This document shows positions 16,298 through 26,947 of a stretch of 64,000 nt of DNA, piece after piece. The stretch covers positions 8,033 through 72,032 of the forward strand of contig JAJLJS010000020.1 of assembly GCA_033844545.1 (NCBI GenBank), in the 5' to 3' direction. Source of the stretch: Cyclobacteriaceae bacterium. Its GTDB lineage: Bacteria > Bacteroidota > Bacteroidia > Cytophagales > Cyclobacteriaceae. The notes beneath the pieces were generated by a model. That model had not been told where the DNA came from and did no database searches. It was given only the letters and a program-made list of their open reading frames with translations. The translations under genes were made by a program, and so were the position numbers. The first letter of the stretch is position 1. Each line of letters starts with the position of its first letter.

Positions 16298-18979
16298 ATG
16301 TTAGGGAAATTTTGCAACTTTGAAACCTTGAATTTGGAATTGAAAAGCAACCTTATTTATCCATTTGTTTTGAAAAAATTTTTGGTATTTATCCTGGTCT
16401 TTTTAGGATTGGGACTTCTTGGATTTGCCCAGAGTCTGAGCAATTTAAGTACTCTAAAGGTGGACAATCTTTCGGATGCCCAGATCGAGCAGTTGATCAA
16501 AAGAGCTGAAGCGAGCGGGTTGACCAGTTCCCAGTTGGAATCTCTGGCACAGGAGCAGGGATTGTCTCCGATTGAAGCTGCCAAGTTGAGGGAAAGAATA
16601 TATGGCCTCAATAGAAGAGCTTCAGGATCAAGCACCGCATCTTCATCGGGTGTGAGGACCTATTCAGGAGATCTCAACCAAGGCAAGGATCCATTTGATT
16701 CAATCCGTCGGGCGGATCCGTATTATGACCTTACTCCATTTCAGAAGAAGATTTTTGGTTACAAATTGTTTCATAACCGAAATCTGGATTTCAACCCCAG
16801 CTTGAATATCCCTACCCCCCAAGGATATGTGATCGGGGGAGGAGACCAAATGCTCATTGATGTGTACGGGGTGTCCCAGCAATCCTATGACCTCACAGTC
16901 ACTCCTGAAGGAAGAATTTTGATCCCGAATGTGGGAGTGATCCAGGTAGGTGGAAGTACCATCGAGGCGGCTACCGTAAGGATCAAATCTGCCCTGAGTA
17001 GGATATATTCCGGGCTTTCCGGAAATAATCCCAATACATTCCTGGAAGTTAGAATTGGAAATATCAGATCCATTAAAGTTTCCATGGTGGGTGAGTTGAG
17101 TATGCCTGGAACTTACACCTTACCGTCTTTTGCCACGGTATTCAACGGATTGTTTGCAGCGGGTGGACCCAATGAAAATGGGGCTTTTCGAAACATCCAA
17201 GTCTATCGGGATAGCAGACTGGTGGCTACAGTGGATATCTATGCTTTTTTGGCCAAAGGGGACCAAAGCTTCAATATCACTCTACAGGACAATGATGTGG
17301 TGATAGTGCCTCCAGTGCAGTCTAGGGTAGAAATATCCGGTCCAGTGCGTAGAGAGGGATATTTTGAGGTCAAACCAGGTGAGCATCTGACGGATTTGTA
17401 TGTCTATACCGGTGGATTTTTGCCCAATGCCTATCGGGAAAGAGTGACCGTGAGAAGGATTGAGGACAAAGACAAGAAGATTTTTGATGTCACACGAAGC
17501 GAATTTGATTCGTTTACACCTCAGGATGGGGATGAAATATTGATCAGTGAATCCCTGACCAGATTCTCCAATAGAGTCCAGATCGAAGGGGCTGTGTTTA
17601 GGCCGGGGGAATATTCTCTCGAAGAGGGAAATCTTACTGTCAAACAGTTGATTGAAAAGGCAGAAGGACTGAGGCCAGAGGCTTTTGCCAATCGTGCCAC
17701 TATTTACAGGACCAATTCCGATTTGACTTTAGGAGCTGAATCATTGGATTTGGAGGGGATTCTCAATGGAAATTCTCCTGATGTTACTCTCAAGAATGAG
17801 GATTTATTATTTATTCCAAGCAGGTATGATATCCAGGAGGAATTGTATGTGAAAATCTCAGGTGAAATAAATACTCCAGGCACCTATCCCTATGCCTCTT
17901 CGATGACTGTGGGGGATTTGATTTTAAGATCTGGTGGGTTTTTGGAATCGGCTACAAATTCCTCAATCGAGATCGCAAGAAGGATCAGAAATGCTACTTC
18001 ACCCGGTCGGATCGCTGAGATCATCACGCTGAATATCAGCCAGGATTTGACCTTGTCGGAGGCAGAGAAAAATTTGCCTTTGGAGGCCTTTGACCATGTT
18101 TTTATTCGAAGAAGGCCTGGGTTTGAAAGAGAACAACTCGTGAAAATATCTGGAGAAGTAATTTATCCCGGAGAATTTGCCCTGGCCGGAGCAAACGAAA
18201 GAATTTCTGATGTGGTGAAAAGGGCTGGGGGATTGACCCAATTTGCCTATCCAAAAGGAGCAAACTTGATCCGAAGAACCATATACTACAAGGGAGTTTC
18301 TGAGGAAAAAATGAGAGAGATAACCTTGGATGAAATCAGGGCTCGACTGGATCCCGAGAAAAACAGAAATGGCAATGAGGCCGAAAATTTGCTCTTCGAA
18401 AGATTGGATAAAAAACTTGCGGAGATTGAAGCCAAGCGGATTGAAGAAGAATTGAGGCAGGAGCGTGCCAGACTCAACCAGTTTTTCAGGTCCGATAGCG
18501 TGCTCTTGGATTCAGCAACCAATGCTCTGAGACTGAAAGAGCAGGATTTGGTGGGCATTGACCTGGAAGCGATTTTAGCAAATCCCGGAGGACCTGAGGA
18601 TTTGATTCTCCAGGAAGGAGATATTATTCAAATACCGAAACAGCTTCAAACAGTAAGAATGATTGGCGAAGTATTGTTGCCAACTACCACCCGATATGTT
18701 CGAAATCAAGGCCTTAAAGGATATATCTCCAAAGCAGGAGGATTTACCGAAAATGCCAGGCGAAGCAAGACTTATGTGATTTATGCCAATGGGGATGCCC
18801 GTAGAACCCATTCATACCTGGGACTCAAATTTTACCCTTCTCTGGAGCCAGGAGCTGAAATTGTAGTTCCTGAAAAACCCAGAAGGGAACGCATCACCGC
18901 TGGGGCATGGATTGGTATTGCGTCAAGCTTGGCCACAGTCGCTATTCTAGTCCAGACTTTGGTCAATAATTCTAACTAA
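16298..18979 (+). CDS. Large SLBB-domain polysaccharide export protein (Wza/KpsD-like)
   Basis: Poly_export motif YVIGGGDQMLIDVYG...EGRILIPNVG and multiple SLBB repeats (GEINTPG, GEVIYPG, AGG). The true start may be TTG 16370, which gives a signal peptide. Confidence 0.9.
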   Translation: MLGKFCNFETLNLELKSNLIYPFVLKKFLVFILVFLGLGLLGFAQSLSNLSTLKVDNLSDAQIEQLIKRAEASGLTSSQLESLAQEQGLSPIEAAKLRERIYGLNRRASGSSTASSSGVRTYSGDLNQGKDPFDSIRRADPYYDLTPFQKKIFGYKLFHNRNLDFNPSLNIPTPQGYVIGGGDQMLIDVYGVSQQSYDLTVTPEGRILIPNVGVIQVGGSTIEAATVRIKSALSRIYSGLSGNNPNTFLEVRIGNIRSIKVSMVGELSMPGTYTLPSFATVFNGLFAAGGPNENGAFRNIQVYRDSRLVATVDIYAFLAKGDQSFNITLQDNDVVIVPPVQSRVEISGPVRREGYFEVKPGEHLTDLYVYTGGFLPNAYRERVTVRRIEDKDKKIFDVTRSEFDSFTPQDGDEILISESLTRFSNRVQIEGAVFRPGEYSLEEGNLTVKQLIEKAEGLRPEAFANRATIYRTNSDLTLGAESLDLEGILNGNSPDVTLKNEDLLFIPSRYDIQEELYVKISGEINTPGTYPYASSMTVGDLILRSGGFLESATNSSIEIARRIRNATSPGRIAEIITLNISQDLTLSEAEKNLPLEAFDHVFIRRRPGFEREQLVKISGEVIYPGEFALAGANERISDVVKRAGGLTQFAYPKGANLIRRTIYYKGVSEEKMREITLDEIRARLDPEKNRNGNEAENLLFERLDKKLAEIEAKRIEEELRQERARLNQFFRSDSVLLDSATNALRLKEQDLVGIDLEAILANPGGPEDLILQEGDIIQIPKQLQTVRMIGEVLLPTTTRYVRNQGLKGYISKAGGFTENARRSKTYVIYANGDARRTHSYLGLKFYPSLEPGAEIVVPEKPRRERITAGAWIGIASSLATVAILVQTLVNNSN

Positions 18980-18988
18980 TTAAATTTT

Positions 18989-20308
18989 ATGAAAATTGCT
19001 GTAGTAGGAACAGGCTATGTGGGCTTGGTTTCAGGTGCATGTTTTGCGGATGTGGGGATTGAGGTTACCTGTGTGGACATTGACCAGAAAAAAATCGACA
19101 AACTCAGAAATGGGATTATGCCGATTTATGAGCCTGGCTTGGAGGAAATTGTAGTCCGGAATTATAAAAGTGGCCGCCTTCATTTCAGCACGGATCTTGG
19201 AGAAGCTATTCAAGGAGCAGAAGTCGCCTTCATTGCAGTGGGTACGCCTCCGGGTGAGGATGGTTCTGCGGATTTGAAATATGTTTTGGCTGTTGCGGAA
19301 GAAATCGGTACAAAAATGACCGATTACATCGTGGTAGCGACCAAGAGTACAGTTCCAGTGACTACCGGCGATAAAGTGAGAGCTACCATCAAAGCCGCTT
19401 TAGAAAAAAGAGGTTCAGATTTGCCTTTTGCAGTAGCATCCAATCCGGAATTTCTGAAAGAAGGTGCCGCAGTGGAGGATTTTTTGAGACCTGACCGAAT
19501 CGTGATCGGGGTGGATGACGAGCGAGCTGAGAAAATCATGCAACGTCTCTACAAACCTTTTCAGCTCTCCGGCGAACGAATTATCTATATGGATATTCCT
19601 TCAGCGGAAATGACCAAGTACGCAGCTAATGCCATGCTGGCTACCAAGATTTCCTTCATGAACGACATAGCCAATCTTTGTGAAAGAGTAGGAGCAGACG
19701 CGACAATGGTGCGAAAAGGGATAGGCTCCGATCCTAGAATCGGAACCAAGTTTATCTATCCCGGAGTGGGTTACGGGGGATCATGCTTTCCGAAAGATGT
19801 CAAAGCCATCATCAAAACAGCCAAGCAATACGGATACGATTTGAGAGTTTTGCAGGCGGTGGAAGATGTCAATGAAGACCAGAAATATATTTTGGCCAAT
19901 AAAGTAAAAGCCCATTTTGGAGAAGATCTTTCCGGAAAGACATTTGCCATGTGGGGTCTGAGTTTCAAGCCCAACACGGATGATATGCGGGAGGCTCCAG
20001 CTGCAGTGATTATTGATGAGCTTCGAGCTGCAGGCGCGCAAGTTAGAGCCTATGATCCGGTGGCAATGGAAGAAGCAAAAGAACATTATATCTTTGACAA
20101 AGTGACTTACTGCAAGGATGCCTATGATGCATGCGTAGATGCCGATGCCTTGCTCTTAGTCACAGAATGGTCTGAATTTAGAATTCCTAGTTGGGATGCA
20201 ATTGGGAAATTATTGAAAAACAAGGTGGTATTTGATGGCAGAAACATCTATGATCGAAAATACCTTGCAACGCTTGGATTTACCCATTACGGAATTGGGC
20301 TCAAATAA
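18989..20308 (+). CDS. ugd: UDP-glucose 6-dehydrogenase
   Basis: GTGYVGL, SNPEFLKEG, GYGGSCFPKD and FKPNTDDMRE motifs. Confidence 0.93.
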   Translation: MKIAVVGTGYVGLVSGACFADVGIEVTCVDIDQKKIDKLRNGIMPIYEPGLEEIVVRNYKSGRLHFSTDLGEAIQGAEVAFIAVGTPPGEDGSADLKYVLAVAEEIGTKMTDYIVVATKSTVPVTTGDKVRATIKAALEKRGSDLPFAVASNPEFLKEGAAVEDFLRPDRIVIGVDDERAEKIMQRLYKPFQLSGERIIYMDIPSAEMTKYAANAMLATKISFMNDIANLCERVGADATMVRKGIGSDPRIGTKFIYPGVGYGGSCFPKDVKAIIKTAKQYGYDLRVLQAVEDVNEDQKYILANKVKAHFGEDLSGKTFAMWGLSFKPNTDDMREAPAAVIIDELRAAGAQVRAYDPVAMEEAKEHYIFDKVTYCKDAYDACVDADALLLVTEWSEFRIPSWDAIGKLLKNKVVFDGRNIYDRKYLATLGFTHYGIGLK

Positions 20309-20320
20309 GCTGAGAATAGG

Positions 20321-20932
20321 GTGATAATCGCGGGAGCAGGGGGACATAGTTTGGAAGTCTTGGCTTTGATTCAAGGCTCCTATTCTTTTAGGGAACTTGC
20401 TTTTTATGATGAAATTCCCAGAGGATTGGATTCCCTTAATCGATTCCAGATTTTGAAGACAAAAGACGAAGTTCGAGAGAAATTTCAATCCAATCCCGAA
20501 TTTTGCCTGGGAATTGGAAATCCAAGTTTGAGAGAGAAATTTGATCGGGAGTTTACAGATCTGGGAGGAGAACTAACACCAATACTTGCTCAATCCAGCG
20601 TGATCCAAAGTGAAGCAAAATTCGCTGATGTCTTGTCCTTTGGGTTTATTGGTCCAAAAGTAAACCTAGGCAGGGGAGTTTTGGTAAATACCAGGGCGAG
20701 TATTCACCATGAATGTGAAATTGGGGAATATTCTGAAATTGGACCCGGAGCAATTCTTTTGGGAAAAGTGAAAATTGGGAAAAAATGCAGAATAGGGGCA
20801 GGAGCTGTTATTCTTCCGGGAATTACCCTTGGAGATGAGGTCGTAGTGGGAGCAGGGGCAGTGGTGACAGCAAATATGGAGTCATCAGTGGTTGTGGCCG
20901 GAGTTCCTGCAAAAAAGATAAATCAAGGCTAA
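20321..20932 (+). CDS. NeuD/PglD-like sugar acetyltransferase
   Basis: GAGGHS N-terminal domain plus hexapeptide repeats, GVPAK. Confidence 0.85.
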   Translation: MIIAGAGGHSLEVLALIQGSYSFRELAFYDEIPRGLDSLNRFQILKTKDEVREKFQSNPEFCLGIGNPSLREKFDREFTDLGGELTPILAQSSVIQSEAKFADVLSFGFIGPKVNLGRGVLVNTRASIHHECEIGEYSEIGPGAILLGKVKIGKKCRIGAGAVILPGITLGDEVVVGAGAVVTANMESSVVVAGVPAKKINQG

Positions 20933-20934
20933 GG

Positions 20935-22041
20935 ATGGATTCAGAAGACAAATCAGCTCAAGATCAGGTTACACTGAACTATTTATTGTTAATCCAGGAG
21001 GTATTTTCGAACAGGAAAGTTCTCTTTATTGGTGCAGGAATTGGGTTATTTCTTGGGATTTTGGTTGCCTTTACCACTCCAAAGGAGTATCAGGCTTCCT
21101 CGTATATTCTACTTGAGTCAGACTCGGGATCTTCTAGCCTTGGACAGTTAGGTGCATTTGCAGGATTGGCAGGGATTAATATGCCCCAGTTTCAATCTGG
21201 TCAATTGGCACTTACACCTGAGATATTTCCGGATGTGATTCAAAGCCGGGATTTTCTTTTGGAAATCTCGAAGGAGAAATTTGCTTTCGAAACCCGGGAA
21301 GGGGAGGTTATTTCTTTGGAAGAATATTACTTCGAAGAAAAGCCGGGAAACATTGTCAAAAAGACACTTAATTTCATCATTTCTATACCTGCAATTATCG
21401 CCAGTTGGTTTGATTCCCCGGATCCAATCCCAAGTACTATTCCAGATGAAGGAACTGATTCAGTGAAGCCAGCCTATTTAAACCTTTCTGGAAAAGAAAT
21501 ATTCTCAATCGGAGAGCTTAAAAAAAGGATCGAAATAGAGCAAAAAGGAAAGATGATTCGACTGAATGTCATGATGCCGGAGCCGTTGATCGCCGCTCAG
21601 GTAAATGCCATGGTGTTGGATATGTTGATTACCTACGTTACGGAATACAAAGTAGGAAAGCAGAAAAGAAACATTGAGTTCATTGAAGAAAGGGTGGCAG
21701 AGACCGAGCAGAAATTTTCCGAAGCCCAAATGCGATTGGCATCATTCAGAGATTCCAACCAGGGAATTATTTCCCAGAGGGTTCGCACTAGGGAGGAACA
21801 GTTGGAGTTTGAATTTAATATTGCCTACAATGTATATAACTCGCTAAAGCAAGAACTCGAACAGGCAAGAATCCAGTTAAAAAAGGAAACTCCCATCTTT
21901 ACTCCCTTGGAGAGAGCTACGCTACCTTTAGGAGCAGCAAAGCCAAACAAGCCTCTTATTTTGATTTTCTCCCTGTTCTTCGGACTGTTTTTAGGTGTCC
22001 TTTTCAATTTATACAACATATTAATCAAGACTATTCATTAA
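20935..22041 (+). CDS. wzz: Wzz-like chain-length determinant
   Basis: Two TMs flanking a coiled-coil periplasmic domain, PKEY motif and Pro-rich pre-TM2; no kinase domain. Confidence 0.8.
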   Translation: MDSEDKSAQDQVTLNYLLLIQEVFSNRKVLFIGAGIGLFLGILVAFTTPKEYQASSYILLESDSGSSSLGQLGAFAGLAGINMPQFQSGQLALTPEIFPDVIQSRDFLLEISKEKFAFETREGEVISLEEYYFEEKPGNIVKKTLNFIISIPAIIASWFDSPDPIPSTIPDEGTDSVKPAYLNLSGKEIFSIGELKKRIEIEQKGKMIRLNVMMPEPLIAAQVNAMVLDMLITYVTEYKVGKQKRNIEFIEERVAETEQKFSEAQMRLASFRDSNQGIISQRVRTREEQLEFEFNIAYNVYNSLKQELEQARIQLKKETPIFTPLERATLPLGAAKPNKPLILIFSLFFGLFLGVLFNLYNILIKTIH

Positions 22042-22048
22042 GATTTTG

Positions 22049-23179
22049 ATGAAAAATATTCAAATGGTCGATCTCAGAGCTCAATTTGAGCAGATTGAAG
22101 AAGAGATTAATCAAGCCATTCAGGGGGTACTGTCTAGTACCGCCTTTATCAATGGTCCGGAAGTCAAATTATTTGCCGCGGAACTAGAAGCGTATACGGG
22201 AGCAAAGCATGTCATCCCTTGCGGGAATGGAACAGATGCTCTTCAGATCGCAATGATGGCCTTGGGTTTTCAGCCGGGTCAAGAAGTTATCGTCCCTACT
22301 TTTACCTATGTAGCCACCGTTGAAGTTATTGCACTCCTGGGTTTAAAACCCAAATTTATAGATGTTTTGCCGGGAACGTTTGAACTGGATCCCAGCCAAT
22401 TGGAAAAAGTAATTGGGCCTAATGTCGTGGGGATTGTACCTGTTCATCTATATGGACAATGCTCCAACATGGAAGTGATTTTGAACTTTGCAGAAAAACA
22501 TGGGCTGAAAGTTATCGAAGATACAGCTCAAGCGATCGGGGCATCCTATACTTTCTCGGATGGGAAAAAAATGCAAGCCGGAACAATGGGGCATGTAGGA
22601 ACCACCTCTTTTTTCCCATCTAAAAATCTGGGCTGCTATGGAGATGGAGGTGCCATGTTTACCAATGATTCTGAGTTAGCTGAAAAGCTACGAATGATTG
22701 CCAACCATGGTCAAAAACGAAAGTATTACCATGATTCCATAGGAGTAAATTCCAGACTGGATACCCTTCAAGCTGCTATATTGAGAGTGAAATTACCTCA
22801 TTTGGATCGCTATTCTGCTTCGAGGAATCAGGTAGCAGAAAAGTATGACCTGGCTTTTAAAAATCATCCCAACATCCAAATACCGGAACGAGCAGCAAAT
22901 TCTACCCATGTTTTTCATCAATACACCGTGAAAATTAAAAACGCCTCCAGGGATGAATTGAAAGCCTTTTTGCAGGAAAATGGAGTTCCTTCTATGGTGT
23001 ATTATCCCGTTCCACTACATCTCCAGAAAGCGTATTTGGACTATGGGTATCAAAGGGGAGATTTTCCAGTTGCCGAGCAGCTTTGTGAACAAGTGCTTTC
23101 ATTTCCGATCCATACAGAGATGAACTTTGAAGAGCAAGATTATATCATTTCTACCATTTTAAACTTTTTCCAGCCATGA
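22049..23179 (+). CDS. DegT/DnrJ aminotransferase, WbpE/WlbC-like
   Basis: NGTDAL, EDTAQAIG, SFFPSKNLG (PLP Lys) and NSRLDTLQAA; adjacent to WbpD- and WbpB-like genes. Confidence 0.85.
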   Translation: MKNIQMVDLRAQFEQIEEEINQAIQGVLSSTAFINGPEVKLFAAELEAYTGAKHVIPCGNGTDALQIAMMALGFQPGQEVIVPTFTYVATVEVIALLGLKPKFIDVLPGTFELDPSQLEKVIGPNVVGIVPVHLYGQCSNMEVILNFAEKHGLKVIEDTAQAIGASYTFSDGKKMQAGTMGHVGTTSFFPSKNLGCYGDGGAMFTNDSELAEKLRMIANHGQKRKYYHDSIGVNSRLDTLQAAILRVKLPHLDRYSASRNQVAEKYDLAFKNHPNIQIPERAANSTHVFHQYTVKIKNASRDELKAFLQENGVPSMVYYPVPLHLQKAYLDYGYQRGDFPVAEQLCEQVLSFPIHTEMNFEEQDYIISTILNFFQP

Positions 23180-23748
23180 AAGACTATTTCGCCCATGAAA
23201 CTGCCGTCATCGATGAGGGATGTGAGATTGGGAAAGGAACCAAAATTTGGCATTTTTCTCACATTATGCCCCAGTGCAAAATCGGAGAAAATTGCAACAT
23301 CGGACAGAATGTGGTGATTTCTCCGGAGGTGGTTTTGGGAAAAAATGTGAAAGTCCAAAACAATGTTTCCATTTATACAGGTGTGACCTGCGATGATGAT
23401 GTGTTTTTGGGTCCCTCCATGGTTTTTACCAACGTTATAAATCCTAGAAGTGCAGTTAACCGCCGTGGTCAATATTCGAAAACCCATGTGGGCAAAGGGG
23501 CTTCTATAGGAGCAAATGCCACCATTGTTTGTGGCCATGATATCGGAGCCTATGCTTTCATCGGAGCGGGGGCAGTAGTGACCAAAACCATCCCGGCATA
23601 TGCATTGGTGGTAGGCAATCCTTCTAAGCAAATTGGTTGGATGAGTGAGTTTGGTCATCGGTTAACCTTTGACGAGAATGGTGAAGCCATCTGCCCGGAA
23701 TCAGGAGAAAAGTATCACTTGAAAAATGCCGCTGTAATAAAACTTTAA
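23176..23748 (+). CDS. WbpD/WlbB-like N-acetyltransferase
   Basis: HETAVIDEGCEIGKGTKIWHFSHI...GQNV...QNNVSIY...GPSMVFTNVINPRS. Confidence 0.9.
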   Translation: MKDYFAHETAVIDEGCEIGKGTKIWHFSHIMPQCKIGENCNIGQNVVISPEVVLGKNVKVQNNVSIYTGVTCDDDVFLGPSMVFTNVINPRSAVNRRGQYSKTHVGKGASIGANATIVCGHDIGAYAFIGAGAVVTKTIPAYALVVGNPSKQIGWMSEFGHRLTFDENGEAICPESGEKYHLKNAAVIKL

Positions 23749-23802
23749 CCAATATTTGATTATCCAGAGCTCCTTCTGGTTATCTTAAAATCTTATAATT
23801 AA

Positions 23803-24768
23803 ATGAAAAATTTTGCACTGATAGGCGCAGCTGGCTATATAGCTCCCCGACACATGAAGGCAATCAAGGATACTGGAAATGTCCTTTTGGCCTCCTATGA
23901 TAAATTTGATTCGGTAGGAGTAATGGATAGTTATTTTCCAGATGCTGACTTTTTTACAGAATTCGAGCGATTTGACCGACACGTGGAAAAGCTCAAAAGG
24001 AGCCAACAAAAAATCGATTACGTGAGCATTTGCTCCCCGAATTATCTTCACGATTCCCATATTCGGTTTGGTTTGAGAGTAGGTGCTGATGTCATTTGCG
24101 AAAAACCCTTGGTATTGAACCCATGGAATATCGAGGCACTCAAAGAGGTGGAAAAAGAACATGGAAAGCAGGTTTTCAATATCCTCCAGTTGAGATTGCA
24201 TCCGTCGATCATTGCTTTGAAAGAAAGAATTTCCAAAGGCCCAAAGGATAAGATCTACGACATTGATTTAGCCTACATCACATCTCGGGGACATTGGTAT
24301 TATACCTCCTGGAAAGGGGATATGAGCAAGTCTGGAGGGATTGCTACCAATATCGGAGTGCATTTTTACGACATGTTGGCTTGGGTGTTTGGTCCGGTAC
24401 AAGCCAATCAAGTCCACATCCATACCCACGATCGTGCAGCTGGCTATCTGGAATTGGAAAAGGCCAGGGTTCGCTGGTTTTTAAGTATCAATGCGGATAC
24501 ATTGCCAGAGGCTGTCAAAGCCAAAGGCGGGAGAACCTTCCGTTCACTTTCCATGGAAGGTGAAGAGATTGAATTCAGTGATGGATTTACAGAATTACAC
24601 ACCCATAGTTATCAGCATATTCTGGATGGACAAGGGTTTGGTTTGGATGAAGCAATTCATAGCATCCAGCTCGTACATGATATCCGGCATATGAAACCTG
24701 CCGGCTTGGTCGGGGAGTATCATCCCTTGGCAGCAGGGAAACTTGCCAAACATCCTTTTGAAAACTAA
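23803..24768 (+). CDS. WbpB/WlbA-like Gfo/Idh/MocA oxidoreductase (UDP-GlcNAcA 3-dehydrogenase)
   Basis: FALIGAAGYIAPRH, ICEKPL and GGIATNIGVHFYD motifs. Confidence 0.9.
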   Translation: MKNFALIGAAGYIAPRHMKAIKDTGNVLLASYDKFDSVGVMDSYFPDADFFTEFERFDRHVEKLKRSQQKIDYVSICSPNYLHDSHIRFGLRVGADVICEKPLVLNPWNIEALKEVEKEHGKQVFNILQLRLHPSIIALKERISKGPKDKIYDIDLAYITSRGHWYYTSWKGDMSKSGGIATNIGVHFYDMLAWVFGPVQANQVHIHTHDRAAGYLELEKARVRWFLSINADTLPEAVKAKGGRTFRSLSMEGEEIEFSDGFTELHTHSYQHILDGQGFGLDEAIHSIQLVHDIRHMKPAGLVGEYHPLAAGKLAKHPFEN

Positions 24769-24783
24769 TTGAAAACTAATTTT

Positions 24784-25764
24784 ATGGAATTGAAAAATTC
24801 AAAAGTCCTCGTCATCGGCGGGGCTGGATTTATCGGAAGTTTTGTTGTCTCTGAGCTCTTGAAGGAGCAAGTGGCGGAAGTTGTGATTTATGACAATTTT
24901 GCCAGAGGGAAAAAAGAATACTTAGAAGAACAATTGAAGGATCCGCGATGCAGTATTTTTCCGATAGGGGGAGACGTTCGGGAGATTGATATTCTGGATA
25001 CCGCGGTGAGAGGGAAAGACTATGTGATCTGTCTGGCTGCCATGTGGCTTTTGCATTGCAAAGATTATCCCCGGACTGCCTTCGACGTGAATATTGCGGG
25101 TACATTCAACGTGTTGGAGGCTTGTGTCAAGCATCAGGTGAAAAAACTCATTTGGTCTTCCTCTGCCTCGGTGTATGGCGATGCTGTAGAATTGCCAATG
25201 ACGGAATCTCATCCATTTAATAACAAGAATTTTTACGGAGCGACCAAAATAGCTGGTGAAGCTATGGCGATGGCCTTCCATGATCGGTATGGATTGGAGG
25301 TGATTGGACTACGATACATGAATGTTTATGGTCCTCACCAGGATCAAACAGCCGCCTACACTGGAGTAGTACCTATCATGCTCAATAAAATCGAAGCGAA
25401 TGAGCCGCCTACTATCAATGGAGACGGTAGCCAAGCGTATGACTTTATTTATGTCGAAGATGTTGCCAGGTGCAACGTACAAGCCTTAAAAAGTGAAGTG
25501 AAATTCGGAATGTATAATGTCGGTACAGAGGTACAAACTTCGATTCGAGAGCTTTGCAACCTAATCTTGGAGTTGAAAAATTCCAAGTTGGAGGTAATCT
25601 ACAGGCCTTATTCTGCAGACGATGCCAGAGCCCTGGTTCAAAACAGAATTGGATCCAGAAAGCGTGCTGAAGAAGAGTTGGGATTTCTTTACAAATACAG
25701 CCTTCGGGAAGGTCTCCAAAAATTGATCGATTGGAGAATAGCCACAGGCGTAGATAAAGCCTGA
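24784..25764 (+). CDS. NAD-dependent epimerase/dehydratase (extended SDR)
   Basis: GGAGFIG, SSSASVYG and YGATK motifs. Confidence 0.88.
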   Translation: MELKNSKVLVIGGAGFIGSFVVSELLKEQVAEVVIYDNFARGKKEYLEEQLKDPRCSIFPIGGDVREIDILDTAVRGKDYVICLAAMWLLHCKDYPRTAFDVNIAGTFNVLEACVKHQVKKLIWSSSASVYGDAVELPMTESHPFNNKNFYGATKIAGEAMAMAFHDRYGLEVIGLRYMNVYGPHQDQTAAYTGVVPIMLNKIEANEPPTINGDGSQAYDFIYVEDVARCNVQALKSEVKFGMYNVGTEVQTSIRELCNLILELKNSKLEVIYRPYSADDARALVQNRIGSRKRAEEELGFLYKYSLREGLQKLIDWRIATGVDKA

Positions 25765-25795
25765 TTTTTTCCTTACGCTCAAAAATATTCTAACA

Positions 25796-26944
25796 ATGAG
25801 TCTTCTTCAAAAAAGAAATATCCCAATTTCCCTTCCGGTAACCGGCTTGGAAGAGTGGGAAGCAACCAAAGAGCCTTTGATGAGTGGCTGGATTACTTCA
25901 GGCCCAAAAGTGCGGGAATTTGAACAATTGTTTGCCCAAAGGCATCAAGTCAAGCATGCACTTGCAGTCACCAGTGCTACTACGGCTTTACATCTCGCAT
26001 TGGTTGCTCTTGGAGTAGGACCTGGAGACGAGGTAGTTGTTCCTGCCTTTACTTGGGTATCTACAGCCAATGTGGTGCTGTATTGTGGGGCGAAAGTTGT
26101 TTTTGTGGATGTGGATCCTTTGACTTTTAACCTGGACCCTTCAGATCTGAATAAAAGAATCACTCCAAAAACCAAAGCGATCATTCCGGTTCATTTATTT
26201 GGACTTTGTGCAAACATGGATGAAATCAAAAGAATTGCCGGAAATATTCCTTTGGTGGAAGACGGAGCTTGTGCCGCAGGAGCCGGATACCATGGGAAGC
26301 CTGCCGGTGGCTTGGGAACAATCGGGTGCTTTAGTTTTCATCCCAGAAAATCTGTGACCACCGGTGAAGGAGGAATGCTCACCACCAATGATGATGAACT
26401 GGCTGAAAAATTGGGAATGCTTCGAAATCACGGGGCCTCTATTTCCGAAGAACAGCGCCACCATGGACCCCGCCCCTATATTTTGCCGGATTTTAATTTG
26501 CTGGGCTTTAACTATCGAATGACTGATCTTCAGGGTGCGGTTGGAGTGGTTCAAATCAAAAAATTGGATCAATTTATCCAAGAAAGGGAAAAATGGGCCA
26601 ATTATTACTCCAAAGAACTGAAGGATATCGAATGGTTGAGAACACCTGAATTTGGGAGTGAATACCAACATGGATGGCAATCATATGTCACCTATGTCCA
26701 TGAGTCAAAAGCTCCTGCATCCAGAAATGAGATCATGGAAAAACTTCAGGAAATGGGAATTTCCACTCGTCCAGGTACACATGCAGTCCATATGTTGAAT
26801 TTTTATAAGGAGAAATATCAAATCCAACCAGCGGACTTTCCGGGAGCTCAGGCTGCCAATGATTTCTCGATGGCCATCCCGCTACATAACCGGATGAGTC
26901 CGGAGGATTTTGCCTATGTGGTTCAGGCACTCAAGTCTTTGTAA
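25796..26944 (+). CDS. Second DegT/DnrJ PLP aminotransferase
   Basis: SATTALHL, EDGACAAG and SFHPRKSVTTGEGG motifs. Confidence 0.88.
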   Translation: MSLLQKRNIPISLPVTGLEEWEATKEPLMSGWITSGPKVREFEQLFAQRHQVKHALAVTSATTALHLALVALGVGPGDEVVVPAFTWVSTANVVLYCGAKVVFVDVDPLTFNLDPSDLNKRITPKTKAIIPVHLFGLCANMDEIKRIAGNIPLVEDGACAAGAGYHGKPAGGLGTIGCFSFHPRKSVTTGEGGMLTTNDDELAEKLGMLRNHGASISEEQRHHGPRPYILPDFNLLGFNYRMTDLQGAVGVVQIKKLDQFIQEREKWANYYSKELKDIEWLRTPEFGSEYQHGWQSYVTYVHESKAPASRNEIMEKLQEMGISTRPGTHAVHMLNFYKEKYQIQPADFPGAQAANDFSMAIPLHNRMSPEDFAYVVQALKSL

Positions 26945-26947
26945 AGA

